A stretch of 64,000 nt of DNA from Trichoplax sp. H2. Taxonomy: Eukaryota. Position 1 is the first letter of the stretch. Every line of letters begins with the position of its first letter. The notes under the pieces are model-generated. The model searched no databases. It saw only the letters and a program-made list of their open reading frames with translations, and was not told the DNA's origin. Shown one piece after another: positions 1-14,517 of the stretch. The translations under genes were made by a program, and so were the position numbers. Location: assembly GCA_003344405.1 (NCBI GenBank), contig NOWV01000209.1:62001-126000 (forward strand), in the 5' to 3' direction.

Positions 1-684
1 TACCGTACCGTCTTGACGGTACTGAGTGCACAGTATTTTTGCAGTTGTATCGACGTACTGTACACTGTACACTGTAAAGGTTGGCTATATACTGAGTGAC
101 AGTTGCTGCGATCATATTCTATTTTAGGGTATGACGTAAACAGTAGTGGGTGAACGGGGTAGGGTGACTTGACTGCTCACGTCAAACTGCTTGACACTGA
201 GTCGAGAGAGTACAGTGATGCGCATTGGGCCAGGACGGCTGGACGACAGTACTACAAGAAAGAGAGAAGAACTGCCAACGCCATTCGTTGCCCTAGAACA
301 GGCTAGCTGACTATTTCGGTGCTTATTTTAGCTATTCTGTTCATCTAAAATCGTGCACTGTACTGTAGTGTTTACGGCTACGCTCTGAAGTGGCTATCAA
401 GTTGGTTGATTGCCCAGTCATTCCTCTACCGGAACCAATTCCCCGAGACACCGGGTAGAGATTAGAGATCGGAGAGATCGCTCTAAACACGAGACAGAGG
501 CATGGACTACCGGACTCGTCTTAGGTGTTACAGTCCATACACCCGGACCAGACAGACGGGCTGGATCAGCAATATAGTATATAAAAGTATTGCATGCTTT
601 TAAAAGTAAATCCCCTTCAAAATGATGTGGCACTTTAAAATGCGACTTTTAATATAAATGTACTGCACTGCATTGCCTCCTATA

Positions 685-1228
685 ATATAATATCAAGAGA
701 GATTGTAGACATTCCTTCTTTGATATACGTATAGTTGACTAGGCGAACTCTCCTTCCTTTTACTGTATTTCCTTTGTACTGTTGGACCTCATGCACTCTA
801 CTTAGTAATTCTACTCGACATAGCTAACCCTAAACGCTTGAATACCAAGCTTACGCGTAGTAAATAGAACTGGTTGAAAAAAGACGATAGATCATGATGC
901 TCAAATAAGACGTTTATTGAATACAGGTAAAATGCGTCTAAAATTATGACTAAAATATAATGTCAAAAGAGATTGTAGACATTCCTCCTTCAATATACGT
1001 ATAGTTGATTAAGCGAACTCTCCTTCCTTCTACTCTATTTCCCTTGTACTGTTGGACCTCCTGCACTCTACTTAGTAATTCTACTCGACATAGCTAACCC
1101 TAAACGCTTGAATACCAAGCTTACGCGTAGTAAATAGAACTGGTTGAAAAAAGACGATAGATCATGATGCTCAAATAAGACGTTTATTGAATACAGGTAA
1201 AATACGTCTAAAATTATGACTAAAATAG
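685..1228. repeat. Direct tandem duplication, 270-bp period, 2 copies
   Basis: gattgtagacattcc at 701 and 971; the copies stay near-identical through aaattatgactaaaata. Confidence 0.95.
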
Positions 1229-3849
1229 CGTTGATATCGCCACAAAATTGGTAAAATCCCCAAAAAATCGATACAGTGACTTCTGTTAATAACCATAATC
1301 GTTGCTACTAGATAACGACTAAAATAGATACGGTAGGAGGTAAAAAAGATACGAGTTGCAACATGAGGCAAAAGCATACATTGCGATATCTTTTAATTAT
1401 AATATACCCGTGTAACGTCGTATTTTGGCTACATAATCTATCAACGAAATAATAGAAAAGGCTAAAATCCAACGGAAAATGTTCATTTCATCTTTCATCA
1501 CGTAGACGACAATGGATTAAGATATTCGAATAAGACATTTATCTATTACTAGCTGAAGCCGCACACCCAGCTGTGGATAAAGTATACTGTATATATAGAT
1601 ATACGTATATAAGGTTCGGTTTTCGCACACCAAATTGCACATTACAAATAATATATTGCTTGCAACGATAATATCAATCCCGCTGGTCATAATTAATACG
1701 CGAATTACCATTTTTGTAAACAGAATTACCTTACCCTAACCCTAAGCCTTATAGAATCACTTCAATGATGGCGATCTACTTGGGCTATAGCTATCGCTTC
1801 TGAATTACCCACTAATAGCTTTCGATGATTCTAATAACGCATGAATATAATATCTTTGACTCTGCTATACGAGTATATTTTCTCAAGTCCTTGATAATTC
1901 ATCTGCCATTACTTAATGCAATACGTGTATGTACTGAGTAGGAATACAGTCGGATGACTCAGGTTCTACTGTACTAATTTAGAAATCTCGACAGAAAATC
2001 GGCAAGCAAAAGAATCTTGGTTACGGTATCCGATACCTACAGAAATTTATTTACTAGTCAGGATTGCAATACCGTTATCGATAGACTGTTGATCCGTAGA
2101 ATGCGCTACGCCGAGATCATAGTAAACCAACAACCGATCAGGATTCCATCCATGGACCGGTATCACTGATAAACGTTTTAAATTGCTTATCCGATCGTAT
2201 TTAATTAAGTCTAGCACTTTATAGACTCGTATAGGGTTGGGTTATTAAGGATAGGCAAATATATCCATCTATCTATGTTGACACATGTAATGTGTCTGTG
2301 TAATCCATCTATCTATATTGACACTAATTTCAAATTCAAAGTAATTTGCTGAAGTACAGCATATTACGAAGAGATTAGAAAGGAATTACGGTACAGCTTA
2401 GATTTCAAACAAATTAAAACAATTTATTACTAGCCTATACAACGGAAATTCAAACATCAATTATAAGATTATTAACAAATAATATTAAGAAATTCCAACT
2501 ACGGTATCATTATGAAAGTTAAGGAATGAATTAATTAAAAGAAACTATAGCCATAATTAGTTATTTTCAAAGCATTTATTAGCACTGATGTCAATTTCAT
2601 TAGCGGATTATAGGCTTTAAATACTCTGCTATGCGGTACAGGTACAAAACAGTCATAAAATAATGCGTTAGACACCTGTCAGTCCTTACATTCATTAAAT
2701 CAAACTGTTTTGTCAGCTTTTAGAGTATGTCATAACTAGTCATTTAAAGAATAAAGATCATACCTTACCTAAGCGAAGAAAAAACTATATTATGATATCC
2801 TATCGATACTTCGCGCCTACGATACTTGTATAAACCTCTTAATACTTATATTATGGCCATGAATATGTAAAAAGTATATCTTGGCTATGAAATGGTAGCA
2901 TAGAAATACAATGTAGGCCTACTTATCACCATAGATCGTCTGATTTAACATTTCTTCAACTACAAACACCAATAGTGTTAGTAAATGATTAACCATTAGC
3001 ATCTGCATATTAAAAACAATAATATACTATTGTAAACTCATATAGTATCGCTGGTAGAATAATCAAAGGCTTTTATTTCTGAATCAATTCTACATGAAAG
3101 TCACTCAGCTTTGAATATCAATATTACTAAAGTGCAGCAAGCACGGTTGCATTACTCTTATGATTAAATTTTGCGATTAGATTTTATCAAAAGAGCAGTT
3201 GTTTATCATCCTAGAGGTGCTGTTGATAGAACGCTTGCGAGTTACTGTCTGTATTAAGTGTTCTCTCCAACTGAAAGGCTGATAAGTTCTAATCTTACAT
3301 CATCATATCCAATAATATCTACTTATTTACTACTTATTAAATACATATTTTATGCAATTTTGTTCTCCAAGTATCAACAAATAGCACTCTTATTTTCATA
3401 TTGAAAATTTTGTCCTCCTTTATTTCATAATTGCTGTAATTATTTATCTATACCTGTACTTATTCAATTTAAATCCATAAAATATGATTTCTTTCCATAT
3501 TGGGAAAATGCCTTCTATTAAATCTGCCTATGTGGAAATGACCACATGTACCAGCAGAAGATGTTCAAGACGCTGCTAATCTTACGTTGGATCTTTGTGT
3601 TACTACATGCCAAACAAATCTTGCTGACATCGCAACTTATATTTAACTTGTTCACATTTTCCAGCCATCTCGCAAGATTTCACGACTTGCCTAATGGTTA
3701 TGTAATACTTGAGTCAAGCAATATAACTACGCCTTTAGAGCAATCAATTTAAAATATCGACTGGTTATTTAGCGATGGTATTACTCACTGTTCACCAACA
3801 ACGAAAATTAAACAATGTTATTATTATAAGTCCATACAGGAACTAACTT

Positions 3850-4025
3850 AGGTTTTATCACTATAAATTCTTGAATGATGAACTCGATAAATATTTTAAT
3901 GAAGTAATAGAAATCACACAATATCTTAAATTCAGGTTTAATTACTATAAATTCTTGAATGTTGAACTCAATAAATATTTTAATATTTTAATGAAGTAAT
4001 AGTCATCGCACAATATCTTTAATTG
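3850..4025. repeat. Two-copy ~84-bp tandem duplication
   Basis: actataaattcttgaatg..gaactc.ataaatattttaat...gaagtaatag occurs twice in succession. Confidence 0.85.
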
Positions 4026-4669
4026 AACAAGTCATTGAGTATTCATCATGTTCACTATAAATTATGATTAATTTTTCAAGGTATTGTCTAGATAGAAAAT
4101 TTACTCAATGTAAAATAATGGCTGAGATAGTAATTGGGAATTTTAAAAATCAATTATTATAATTAATATATGTTTCTCGATTACCCAGCCAATGTACATT
4201 TTTGCACATTTTGCTAGTACTTACGTATGATATTGTGATGATTATCATTGGTGATTTATAATTTATTAACATAATAAGCAAGCCAGCTGCATGCAACCCA
4301 TATGCAAAGCGGGAGGATTCTCCCTTAATTAAATAAGCGACAACATTGTCTTTTGATTATCAGTACGTGCTGCAGTTGATATTTTTATTTATTAAAAGAA
4401 TGAGCGAACGATGTTTTCAATTTTAGGTCTATCATCCGACTCTAATTATATTATACTACAAGAAAAGGTACAAAAAACAATTCTCGGACTTTTATTCAAT
4501 GTTTGACTCAAGTTCTATCTCATAAGATATTTTACATCATCACTTTGAACTGATCTCACTGCAAGCCTTCTAGATCAGCAAGTTATTTTCTTAACTTTAT
4601 TCATAGCTCATAATCCATAGGGTTATTTCCAACTGCACCAGTTTTAGACGAACTCTTTCAATTCTCTAC

Positions 4670-5790
4670 ATGGCTGTAAGTTTATCGGTTCGTTTATTTA
4701 ATTTAAATATTTTCCATTACTTATTAAAGCCATAACAGTTCATTTTAGTGATGTGAGTTTATCTATTTATTTAGCTAAATTGTCTATATTCCATTAATAA
4801 AGAAAATTGATCATAATGCATTTCAGAGCAATGCATTTATTCTTTAAGAAGTCCATCTTAATTTTTTTGTTCCTATTGAAAAAGGAAAACTATCCTACTG
4901 TATTTCAAAATTGGGAGTTTACACGCATGTTTAATTTATCTGTTTCTATGAACAATGAAAGCCATCAATAGTACATCTTCTAGTTGTAAATTTGACCATC
5001 TATACAAGTATACTCAATTTATCTGCTTTCCTCTAATAAATAAAGCTATATTAGTGCATTTCTGAGTTTTAAGTTTATCTGAAGAAGTATACTTGATTCA
5101 TCTGTTTCCTATTAGTAATAAAAAATATAAATAACTATGCAATTCAGGATTTTGAGTATATCTAAAGGAGTGTATTTAAATTATCTGTTTCCGGTCAATA
5201 ACGACAACCTTATTTTAGTGCATTCAGAGCATTTCAAAGCTATCAGGTTACCTGAAGAAGTATTTTTTATCCATCTATTTGCCATTCATAACGAAAACCG
5301 TAATAGTGCTATTAAGAAGTGTGAATTTATCCCTTTCGAAGTATATTTAATTTATCTGTTCCCATTCATAATTATAATTAATAGAAACTATTATGGCACA
5401 CTTCAGAGCTATGAGTCTATCCATTTAGAGGTGTATTAGTATGCATCTTTTTTCTTTTTAATAATAAAAGCCTTAATAATATATTTCAGAGCTATGAGTT
5501 TATCAATTTAGAATTTTATGTTTGAATGCATTTATTTCGCATGAACAGCTAAACCTTGCTAATATATTCCAGGACTGTGAGCTTATCAATGTAGAAGTCA
5601 ATTCTAATGCCTCTTCTTCCCGATTAATAACAAGAACTACAACAATACATTTCAGAGCGATGAGTTTATCTATTTAGACATTTAATTTATCTATTTTTCC
5701 ACTAATTGTTAATACCATAACAATGTATTTCGACGCTGAGAGTATCTTCATTGATCTATTTTAATTTATCTGTTTTCAATTAATCATCAA
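4670..5790. repeat. Degenerate minisatellite, ~80-85-bp period, roughly 13-14 units
   Basis: Recurring core tttcagagctatgagtttatc...tttaatttatctgttt near 4820, 5057, 5141, 5400, 5483, 5650 and intermediate positions. Confidence 0.75.
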
Positions 5791-8693
5791 AACTATAAGA
5801 AATCATTTCACATACTGTACCATCGATGGTTAAATCTTTCCATCCATCTTCCTAGCTCACCCTATCAAGTCAGAACTGTCAGTCCAGTGATTTTAAATTT
5901 CATATTCAGATTCATCCATTCTATTCCCGCCTATATGTTCTACATAGTACTCTTACATTGAAAAGGATTGACCCGGATATTATTGCATAAAGTACCTAAA
6001 CCATCTCTATCTACCACATGCACTCTACATATACATATAATTGATGTCTTTTGACTATTGCTATTGGCTATCTATAACTTATGCTAATAAACTCTAACTT
6101 TAATCTACTATCATATTACCGTTGTAACGGTAGTTTGCATTGTTCCCTGTCCACTACAAAACAATATAATTAAATTTGAATTTTCTTTTGATCATGTTTC
6201 TATGGTTTAACAGAAGTTTCCTGGACAACAGTAAACTTAAACCAAGCCCATAGCTAATAATATTACTGAATGATAATAACTAGGAATAAACAAGAGGTAA
6301 GGCTGGCTTAATCAAGGTTTCTACACCATCTTTTGATGTAAATTTTTCCGTATAGGATCACATAATAACGGATTGCAATAAACAATAAAATTGAACTTAC
6401 ATATATTGTTGATGGAATAACAGTTATAATAATACGATCTAGTCAAGCATGTTAATAAACAGAACATTTATTATACAAGCTTCAATTTATTATTCAAATT
6501 ATAAATTATAGTACAATAGTAAGGACACGGACTAACCATCAACGTTGCCTTCCTCATCAATCGATAAGTTGACACAGTTGCCTTGTACTCTAATTCTACA
6601 TTTTATCCCATGTTGGCTGTCGAGCATTCGGTTCTTAATGGATTGATTATAAATAATGCGATTAACTATGATTAAATACAAATTAAACTTATTCTAAAAG
6701 GTTATTTTCAATCTATTAGTAATTACAACAGATAGCAGAACATTACTTAACCAAGTGATTAGTCAGCATTCCAATTAGTTAACAACTAACGATAACATTT
6801 TTGCGCTACTAGGACATAGATCTACCTTTAGAGCACATTACAGGACAACATTGATTTTCGTCAATTTCAACTTGTGGCTAAATTTCCAGGCTTGAACTAT
6901 CAAGAATAATCATGTAAGGCTTTCAATGGCTTTGAGTTTGTATAAATTGCTAACATTAGAATTGACTAATCTTACAGAGTATTTACTAAGTGATCAGTAA
7001 TCACAAAGTTATACTTCCTTTTATAGCTAAAATAGTAGTTTTAAATAGTTTTTGACGATCTATCTTCCGCATTTCTAACTAAAGTTGATGACAAATTTGA
7101 CCATAAAATATAGTATAAAACATTTTTGAAGTTATTAGACTTGAAGATTAGACAAAGGGAAAATATTTTATCATGTATTTAGATAAAAAGTAAAAATTGC
7201 TGTCAATATCTTGACAAGCGAAACAATCTTTCTTTTTTCTAACCACTACACAGTCTACAATTAGTCCCTGAAGCAATAATTTATTTTCTGTCAATACTAA
7301 AATACATTATTTGCATCCAGAATATAGTGTATAATCGCAATAAAACTCTATACTATCTAGAAAAAGTTAACAGTAACACTAGAAACAGAAACAAATTGAT
7401 TGTGAATATAGTGTTAGTTTACGCGTATCAACAAAGTTATATAACGAACTTGTCATCATGACTAGTGGAGTAAACGTTATTTACTCAAGACCAGAATATA
7501 CCGTTGATGGTGTATGATATATAAACAGTAAATACTGCTTTGAAATTGTAATCAGTGTTAAAATACCAGGAATACTTAACTCTTCATAAATAGCTCCTCT
7601 CTTGAAGATACGATGCTTATTTAATTATGGGCGATAGCAGTTTAACATTGATTAGCTAGAAATTTTAGAGTATGCAACCTTAGGTCAGTGCTTAGTCTCG
7701 AATTTCTTGATGTTTTTTACCAATCATTTAAATTATAGCCATACTTTCAACGGTATCAATTCTCTTATACTTAAAAGACGATGTAGTAGGAATAATTAAC
7801 TAATACGATTTACTTAAAATAGAATCTTATACTACAGAAGATTTCAAATTATACTAGACTGTTTATTTTACTTCGATAGTGTTATCTAAACCATGCATTA
7901 TGTCAAATAAATCAATACCATAATATTAAGTTAACAAAAATTCTTATACTCGAAAAATACAGTAGTATTTCAAGACTGAAATTGAAACCTGATAATTTAC
8001 TAAATAGATCTACATAAACCAATAATCTTATTGCTATAAGAGTTGTTCATACACAAATTTATCTTTTAGAAAAATATTCATTTCATCTCAGTTTTATGAA
8101 TTAATTTTTTAAACAATGCATAATTCCATGCTAATGATGAGAATTCGTATCTAGGACTAGCACTAACAGGTCCAGAAATGGGCGCCCTATTCTTCAAAAG
8201 GTAACATCTGTTGTATGAGCAAACAATTTGAAATTTATTACAAAATTCCTAGGTGCAGTCACTAAATCAGTCTTGTATAAATCTGTCGGACTCGCATATA
8301 GCCTTCTATGGATCCTTTACCGAATTATACTTTCAGTATATTAGAAAACTAATTTCACAGGATTTCATATGGAATCTATGCAGCATTAATAATACATACC
8401 TATACAGTAGCAGAGTATGTGTCATTAACATTAAATCAAAAAGAAGAAATTTGAAATCGCGCAAACCTATGTCAGCCCACTGAATATCGTGTATCACTTT
8501 ACACTGTACTTACTTCTTTTTAACTTTAAATATTAACCCAGTAATAGATAAAATATATAGCTCAAGCTTATGATGTAGCAATCATGATAATGAAAACAGG
8601 ATCGATTTACTAGGATGAATAATTTTCTGTGTTTGATTATATACGAGTATATCTATAATTATTCAGTATCAACATTAGGATCATCTTACAAAA

Positions 8694-11600
8694 ATGGTAA
8701 AAACCCATAATAATATATCAACGAACTTTCTGTCTTACTAATTAAGTTCAATTTCACTTCTTGATATTTATAGAGTAAAACTATCGCCGATGATTCCGAT
8801 TTAGTTTTATCCTGTACGCTTTGTTCAGAAAAGATAAGGTAAATTAAAACATAACCTAAATCGAATTATTATAACACGTATTTTTAAGGACCTATCTTGC
8901 AAACCCGTATTAGATCGAATTCGGTTGATCTAGTCTGTAGAATATTACGCAGAAATAAGAAATTATTAGTGCCATTAATATAATGATATTTCAAGTCCAT
9001 AAGAGATTAAAATGTAGGCAACAATACATGTTCATAATTCTTTAGTATAAGCATGTAAGGCCTTTTCTACAGTACCAAATCCTTTAGTCTTTCTATCGGC
9101 TATCTGCATCAGCAGTTATTTTATTGTTGCGTATTCATTAACATCTAGTTGATTTTGGGAGCATATATCAATAAAATCATTGGTTTCACTGCTTATGTTA
9201 AGTGCAGGCTAGCTACAAATTTATAAAATCTTTTCAAAATGCTAGATTTTTAAAATATGAGTAATATAGGGACTTAAGTTTGCACTATTAGCTATCTACA
9301 GTATTTTGATGTCTAATACACTTTTAAGGATTGCAAGGCATTGAATCATGAGCATTTGCGTTATTTTTCCAACTCATTTTGACTGTTATAGCATTATATA
9401 CTTCGTCATAGGACGGCTATTTTAATTACTATCGTATAGGAATTATAGCTAATAATAAGCTTACGTAGTATATATATATAAATCTTTGTTTGATTCATTT
9501 TTTAGGATAACAGACTTAGAAAGCCATTCGAAAACATGTAATTCGCATATCGCCTCTACATCGGTGTCTGTTCCAACATCACCTAAATCTGTGTAAGTAT
9601 TCATAGAATGTTCTTTAATATTCCAACTATCAAGAAAACAGCAAGAAAAAATCTTTTCCAATGATGAATCACCAACTATTCAATCTATCTCTTTCAATAT
9701 GGTAGCCACAAAGAAGCAATACATACTCTCATCATTAATGTAACCTGCATCGATGAAGATCAAGAATCACCATTTAAAATAATAACTAAGGTATTTAAAA
9801 GCTACCTCAATCTAAGTAATGCGGTTTATGGCGGTTTCCTTATACAGCAGGACCATTCAAATTGATTTCCTTATTTCATAATGTTATTCAGTACGAATAG
9901 CACGATTTATTGCAATCGTAGAATAGTATCTTTGCCAAGATTATATAGAAATGGTAATTGACAGAATCAACAATGATTTTAAATTGCCCTCCACCGTTAT
10001 TACAAAGCTTTAGATACTCTAGACCCTAACACTTCTAGTTTAAATTTTGTTTGGCAATTGCATCATTTTCACCTTTAATGCTGACCCCTATACAGTACAT
10101 AGTGAAATATTTACTTTATAGATGATGTTCTGAGTAGGAATCGTTAGTTTTTCAGTTTATAAACAGCATTCTATTCCAGCATCAGTTCATGATCTTATAG
10201 ATTTACCGGACTATTCTCCTTCATGTACACTAGCATGAATATTGCGGTGTCTGTCCTTAACTGAGCTACTAAATTAAGAAGAATGTATTTCTGTATTGAA
10301 ACAGACTATTACAAGAAGGTTGTGATATGTACTCTAATTCATTGGGTTGATTATTTATTTTACTTTCCCTTACTACAGACCAATCTGACAATCTTTGATA
10401 AAAGTTTGATTGAGGTCAATCGTAGTAAACAAGATTTAATTTGGCTAAGAGAAGCCTTACAGGTAATGTAGTGATTATAAGAAGAAAGATAATTGAATTT
10501 TGATTGATGATATCTGTTAATTAGTTTATAGTATAAATACAATGATCATTATGTTATTAATTTCGGCAGATGGTCAATCCGGAAAGGATTGTTCCACCAT
10601 TACGAGATGCTTCAGGCAAATCAAAAATAGGTCAGTAAAGTATTTAATTGTATAATATAATGCATAGAGCAAATATTAATCCATTCTAAAAATCACTAAA
10701 GAGTTACCTTATCCCATTAGAAACTGTACAAGAAATGCAGCGATTTCTATCACGGATTAGTAGGCACAAGGTTGTTATAAAATTCTTCAATACTAATCTA
10801 GACATGTCTGCAATAATTGCCATACCCTCTACTATGACAAATTAGAATACGGTATCAAATAAAAATACTTCTACCTTGAACGTATAAATAGACATTGAGG
10901 GGATAATTCTTTCTTATTAACATCAGCAATATACGATACCAGGCTAGAATAGTCCTACTGTACAAATTTACTATCAATAAGAACAAAAAGTAATGGAATT
11001 TAATGAGCTTCAAACAATAGTAACGTAATTAAATTAAAATGGCTAATATCATTTGAAAATCTATGAAAGAATAAGCGGAATTAATGAATTATTTACCTTC
11101 ACTATCAACATAAATATTTGTTATAAGTACCTTTCGTTAAAATACATAATGGAAATTCAAAATCAAAACTGATTTAATTAATTACATAACAATTTATCTC
11201 GCAACATGGACAGAAGGATCATTCATGACTACGGTAGCTAGTCAATTTTCAATTTTATTTCGTTTATGATTTACCTAAGTTTTACTCCATTGCACGTGGA
11301 GAATGAGAAGATGCTCAGATGAGCTTAAAATGATGCCTCAACGGGCATCATATCGGCTCTAGATCAATTGCTTTGCCATATTAATAATTAGGAATAAAGT
11401 GCTGAAATGTTGTGGTACTTTAGTAAGGCTTTACTTGCCAACTTAGTTGCCTATTAAAGACTTTCTAAGGCAGTCTTGTAAGGAAATCGTGACACTTTTA
11501 CGAAAATACATTGTCTGATGAGATCAATGTTAATATGATGAAAAAATTCGCTTTTATTTTAAGGAAACACTGACGTTATTTTTCTAGACCATTTGTTTAA

Positions 11601-14517
11601 TCAATTTATATAGAGCTTAGTATGTCTATTGCTATGACATTATAGTTATCCTACGAGTGTATAATATATTAACTCAATGTTGGCTACAACGTTCCATACT
11701 TTCGAATCACGGATTTATTTTTTCTATTCTATTTTCATTTATGAAATGAACTGTTTAGATTCTTCGAAAACACCCATATTTTAAAGTATTTATTACTGGC
11801 TCCAACGAGGTAAATAACTACTCCAATACGAATATTAAACCAGGTTTTACTACCACCCACCATAGATTTATCTTGCGTTGATTACTGGTCGTATTATGCA
11901 TGCCTAAATCTTCCACTATAACTTTATTTTAGGAGCTAAAATCGATTCAAAACGATTACAGTCAGTTAGAAAATCCATATGAAACGATCCATCATAAACC
12001 TATTCGGATGGAGAAAGACGAAAATTCAACGCTTCGTAAGGCACAGGTATGTCGATATTAGACATGATATAAAGTAGTTGTAGGAAATAGTCATTTTATA
12101 TTAGGTCAACGAGCTTCAAAACACTTATTGAGAGTAGAAACATGGACTCATAAATATATATGTATACTGCATTTGAAATAATGATTTATTACAACCTTTT
12201 CCATTCAATGCTGATATTTTGCAATTCTCTGCTTTTAATATGAATATTTATCCATTTCTTTTAATCTTATTCATTTATCAGGATTACATGAATACTTTAA
12301 TTGCCAATTTAACTATGTTGCAGAACAACATAGAAGAAATGGATAAGAGCAAAATATCAGGTCTACTATTTCGCAAAAGATGATTAGTGTCGTTTATTCC
12401 ACCTAGATCATTGAACAGCATATTTACTACTGTATACTACGTTTGCGGCGTGATTTACTCAATTTTACACTTCTTACGACCGTTATGGATATCATTCTGA
12501 TAATGTAGATACCGTTTTCCATGCAATAGAAGGTATTGGTCATTCTGAACCAAGTGATACATTTCTCCAGGTGATTCATTTGGTATTTTGATGATAGTAA
12601 CGCTAAATTTAACTCAACGATAGCGTATACCATAAAATTTAAGCTTCTATTCTTTTTGAGGAGAGAATGGCTAAAATATGAAAATTAAATGTGCCTTTAT
12701 TTAGGAAATTTGCTCTCAGCTTTGTCGAATGCAAGATGAAGCCGATAAGAATAAAGTGAGTCAAAGGGGCTCGATATAGCCAAGTTTTATACTATAGGCT
12801 TTCAAGTCTATTAGCTGCAGTTGTATCGCTGATTTGTTAAGTATAGACGATCGTCATTTCATCGTTTTTATTGATGATCTTATTTCATTTTCTTTTGCTA
12901 CTAATACGATATAGAATTTAATCAATGATCAATCCTTAATTTTGGATATATTGAGTTTGATTGCCTATGTTCAAAGTGCAAAGGTAAGTTGAAATGTTTC
13001 TACTCTATCAGAATCAATAGCTTACTGCACAAAAGGGGAATTTTATGGTGATTTAAGCAAGCAATGTTCATCTATTTTTGCTTCAATATTGTCAACACTT
13101 GTAAATCATATTTGAAGAATTTCATTCCAACTTTTGCTTCAATACTGTCAGGGTCATACTAGTTATCCTTGGAAAATTGCAGTGTAGAATATTAGTGATG
13201 GCACCATAGCTGTTCATGAAAGATGTTTTGTCGTCATATTGCTATTTGAAAGATTTATTTCAACTGTTGTTTCAATACTGTCAAGGCGATACTGTCATAC
13301 TAGTTCTTCTTAGAAACTGTCATGCAGACCGTTTGTGATGGCACTTAGCTACTAAATGAAAGATTTTTTGTTATTTTTTGTGATAATATTGTCAAGATGA
13401 TGCTGGCTATCTTTCAAAATACTGCAGACTAGATGGTAGTGATAGAAAATTGTGTTGAATAGAAATACTTTAATTAAAACCGGTAGCAATATACTCAAAG
13501 TGAGACTGGCTATCTCTGGGGGAAAAACTGTAATTGCACGACAGTAGAGACAGTAAATTCCGTTTGCAAGACATTTCTAAGACCGCAGTTTGATGCCTGC
13601 TGTAGACCTGCAGTGTAGAAACAGTAGTGTAGAAACTTTTGCTTGAAAGAAAACATAATTAAAAACATTAGCACTTTGCTTATGAATATTTACGTAATGG
13701 CCTCTTTACGTTGATAGCAGTTTGGTAAAACATTAGTTTCATTTATCCACTTTAGACGTACCTTGATCGAATTGAACGCGCTATCGACAATTTCCTATTC
13801 TGGGAAGAAGAAGCTAGGCAGTATGAGAATGCCAATGTACGTCCTGTGTAGCTTGATAGTATAATATATAGTCTAACCATTGCTGGACGTGATTGATTGA
13901 TCGAACTGTACTTATTATTTTTGTCTGTCAAACTTAGAGCCAACAACCGGATGGAAAGGTCGTTCTATGTAGCAATGAAGATTTAGACAATCCTTTTAGC
14001 GAAAGCCGCAATGAGGTAAAAGCAATGTAGGATTATAGTTGTTTCTGTTCTACTCGTTAGGTAATCAAAGTTGAGGATTTAAGTACTGTAGAGGAAGCAC
14101 GCCTGAGTAAGCTAACTTATTTTATTAATGCAATTTTTATACCATTTTCTTGCCCTTGTGCGCTAATATTGCAGGTTCTATCGAAGCAGAATGCATCTAA
14201 AGCTCATCTAGAAGTCATGTGCTTAGATATGTCGAATGAGATTGAGCAATTTGACTATCAAAAAGAATTGGAAATGCAACAAATATTGCTGGAATATTCA
14301 GAAAGAAGATGTAAAGTTTATGAACAGGTGAATAACAACTACTCAACTAAATTGTCGTTGTTATCGTATTGGATGGCATCAAGCCTTTTCTGGCATGTTA
14401 AATAACCGTTATTTCTTCTTATTACAGTATCATAGCAAATGGGCTGCCATGAAATATACCTTAGAGATACCAATTGATCGCCGTAAAAGAGCTATCGTGG
14501 TGGACAATATGGAATAG
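8694..14517 (+). CDS. PX-BAR sorting-nexin-like protein with N-terminal C2HC zinc finger, ~19 exons, ~430 aa
   Basis: Phase-compatible GT-AG exons: ATG 8694-8696; 8774-8838 SKTIADDSDLVLSCTLCSEKI; 9506-9592 ITDLESHSKTC...; 9706-9790 LIINVTCIDEDQESPFKIITK; 10379-10462 TNLTIFDKSLIEVNRSKQDLIWLREALQ; 10570-10630 MVNPERIVPPLR; 10721-10770 ETVQEMQRFLSRISRHK; 11759-11809 ILRKHPYFKVFI (together a PX-domain pattern). Helical exons follow to 14175-14327 EIEQFDYQKELEMQQILLEYSERRCKVYEQ and 14429-14517 YHSKW...ME* (SNX-BAR C-terminal helix pattern). The start codon and two donors (~12133, ~14087) are uncertain. Confidence 0.8.

Noticed and set aside
1731..1746. CCCTAA telomere-like hexamers
   Set aside because: Only two copies; expected by chance.
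10235..10318. MNIAVSVLN*ATKLRRMYF with an in-frame TGA, suggesting selenocysteine or readthrough in the PX gene
   Set aside because: Exon 9706-9790 supplies the PX strands and splices in phase to 10379, so this stretch is intronic.
12105..12460. Apparent stop codons implying the sorting nexin is a pseudogene
   Set aside because: Alternative GT-AG choices (donor near 12036, exon ~12105-12133, exon ~12510-12570) give an open frame.
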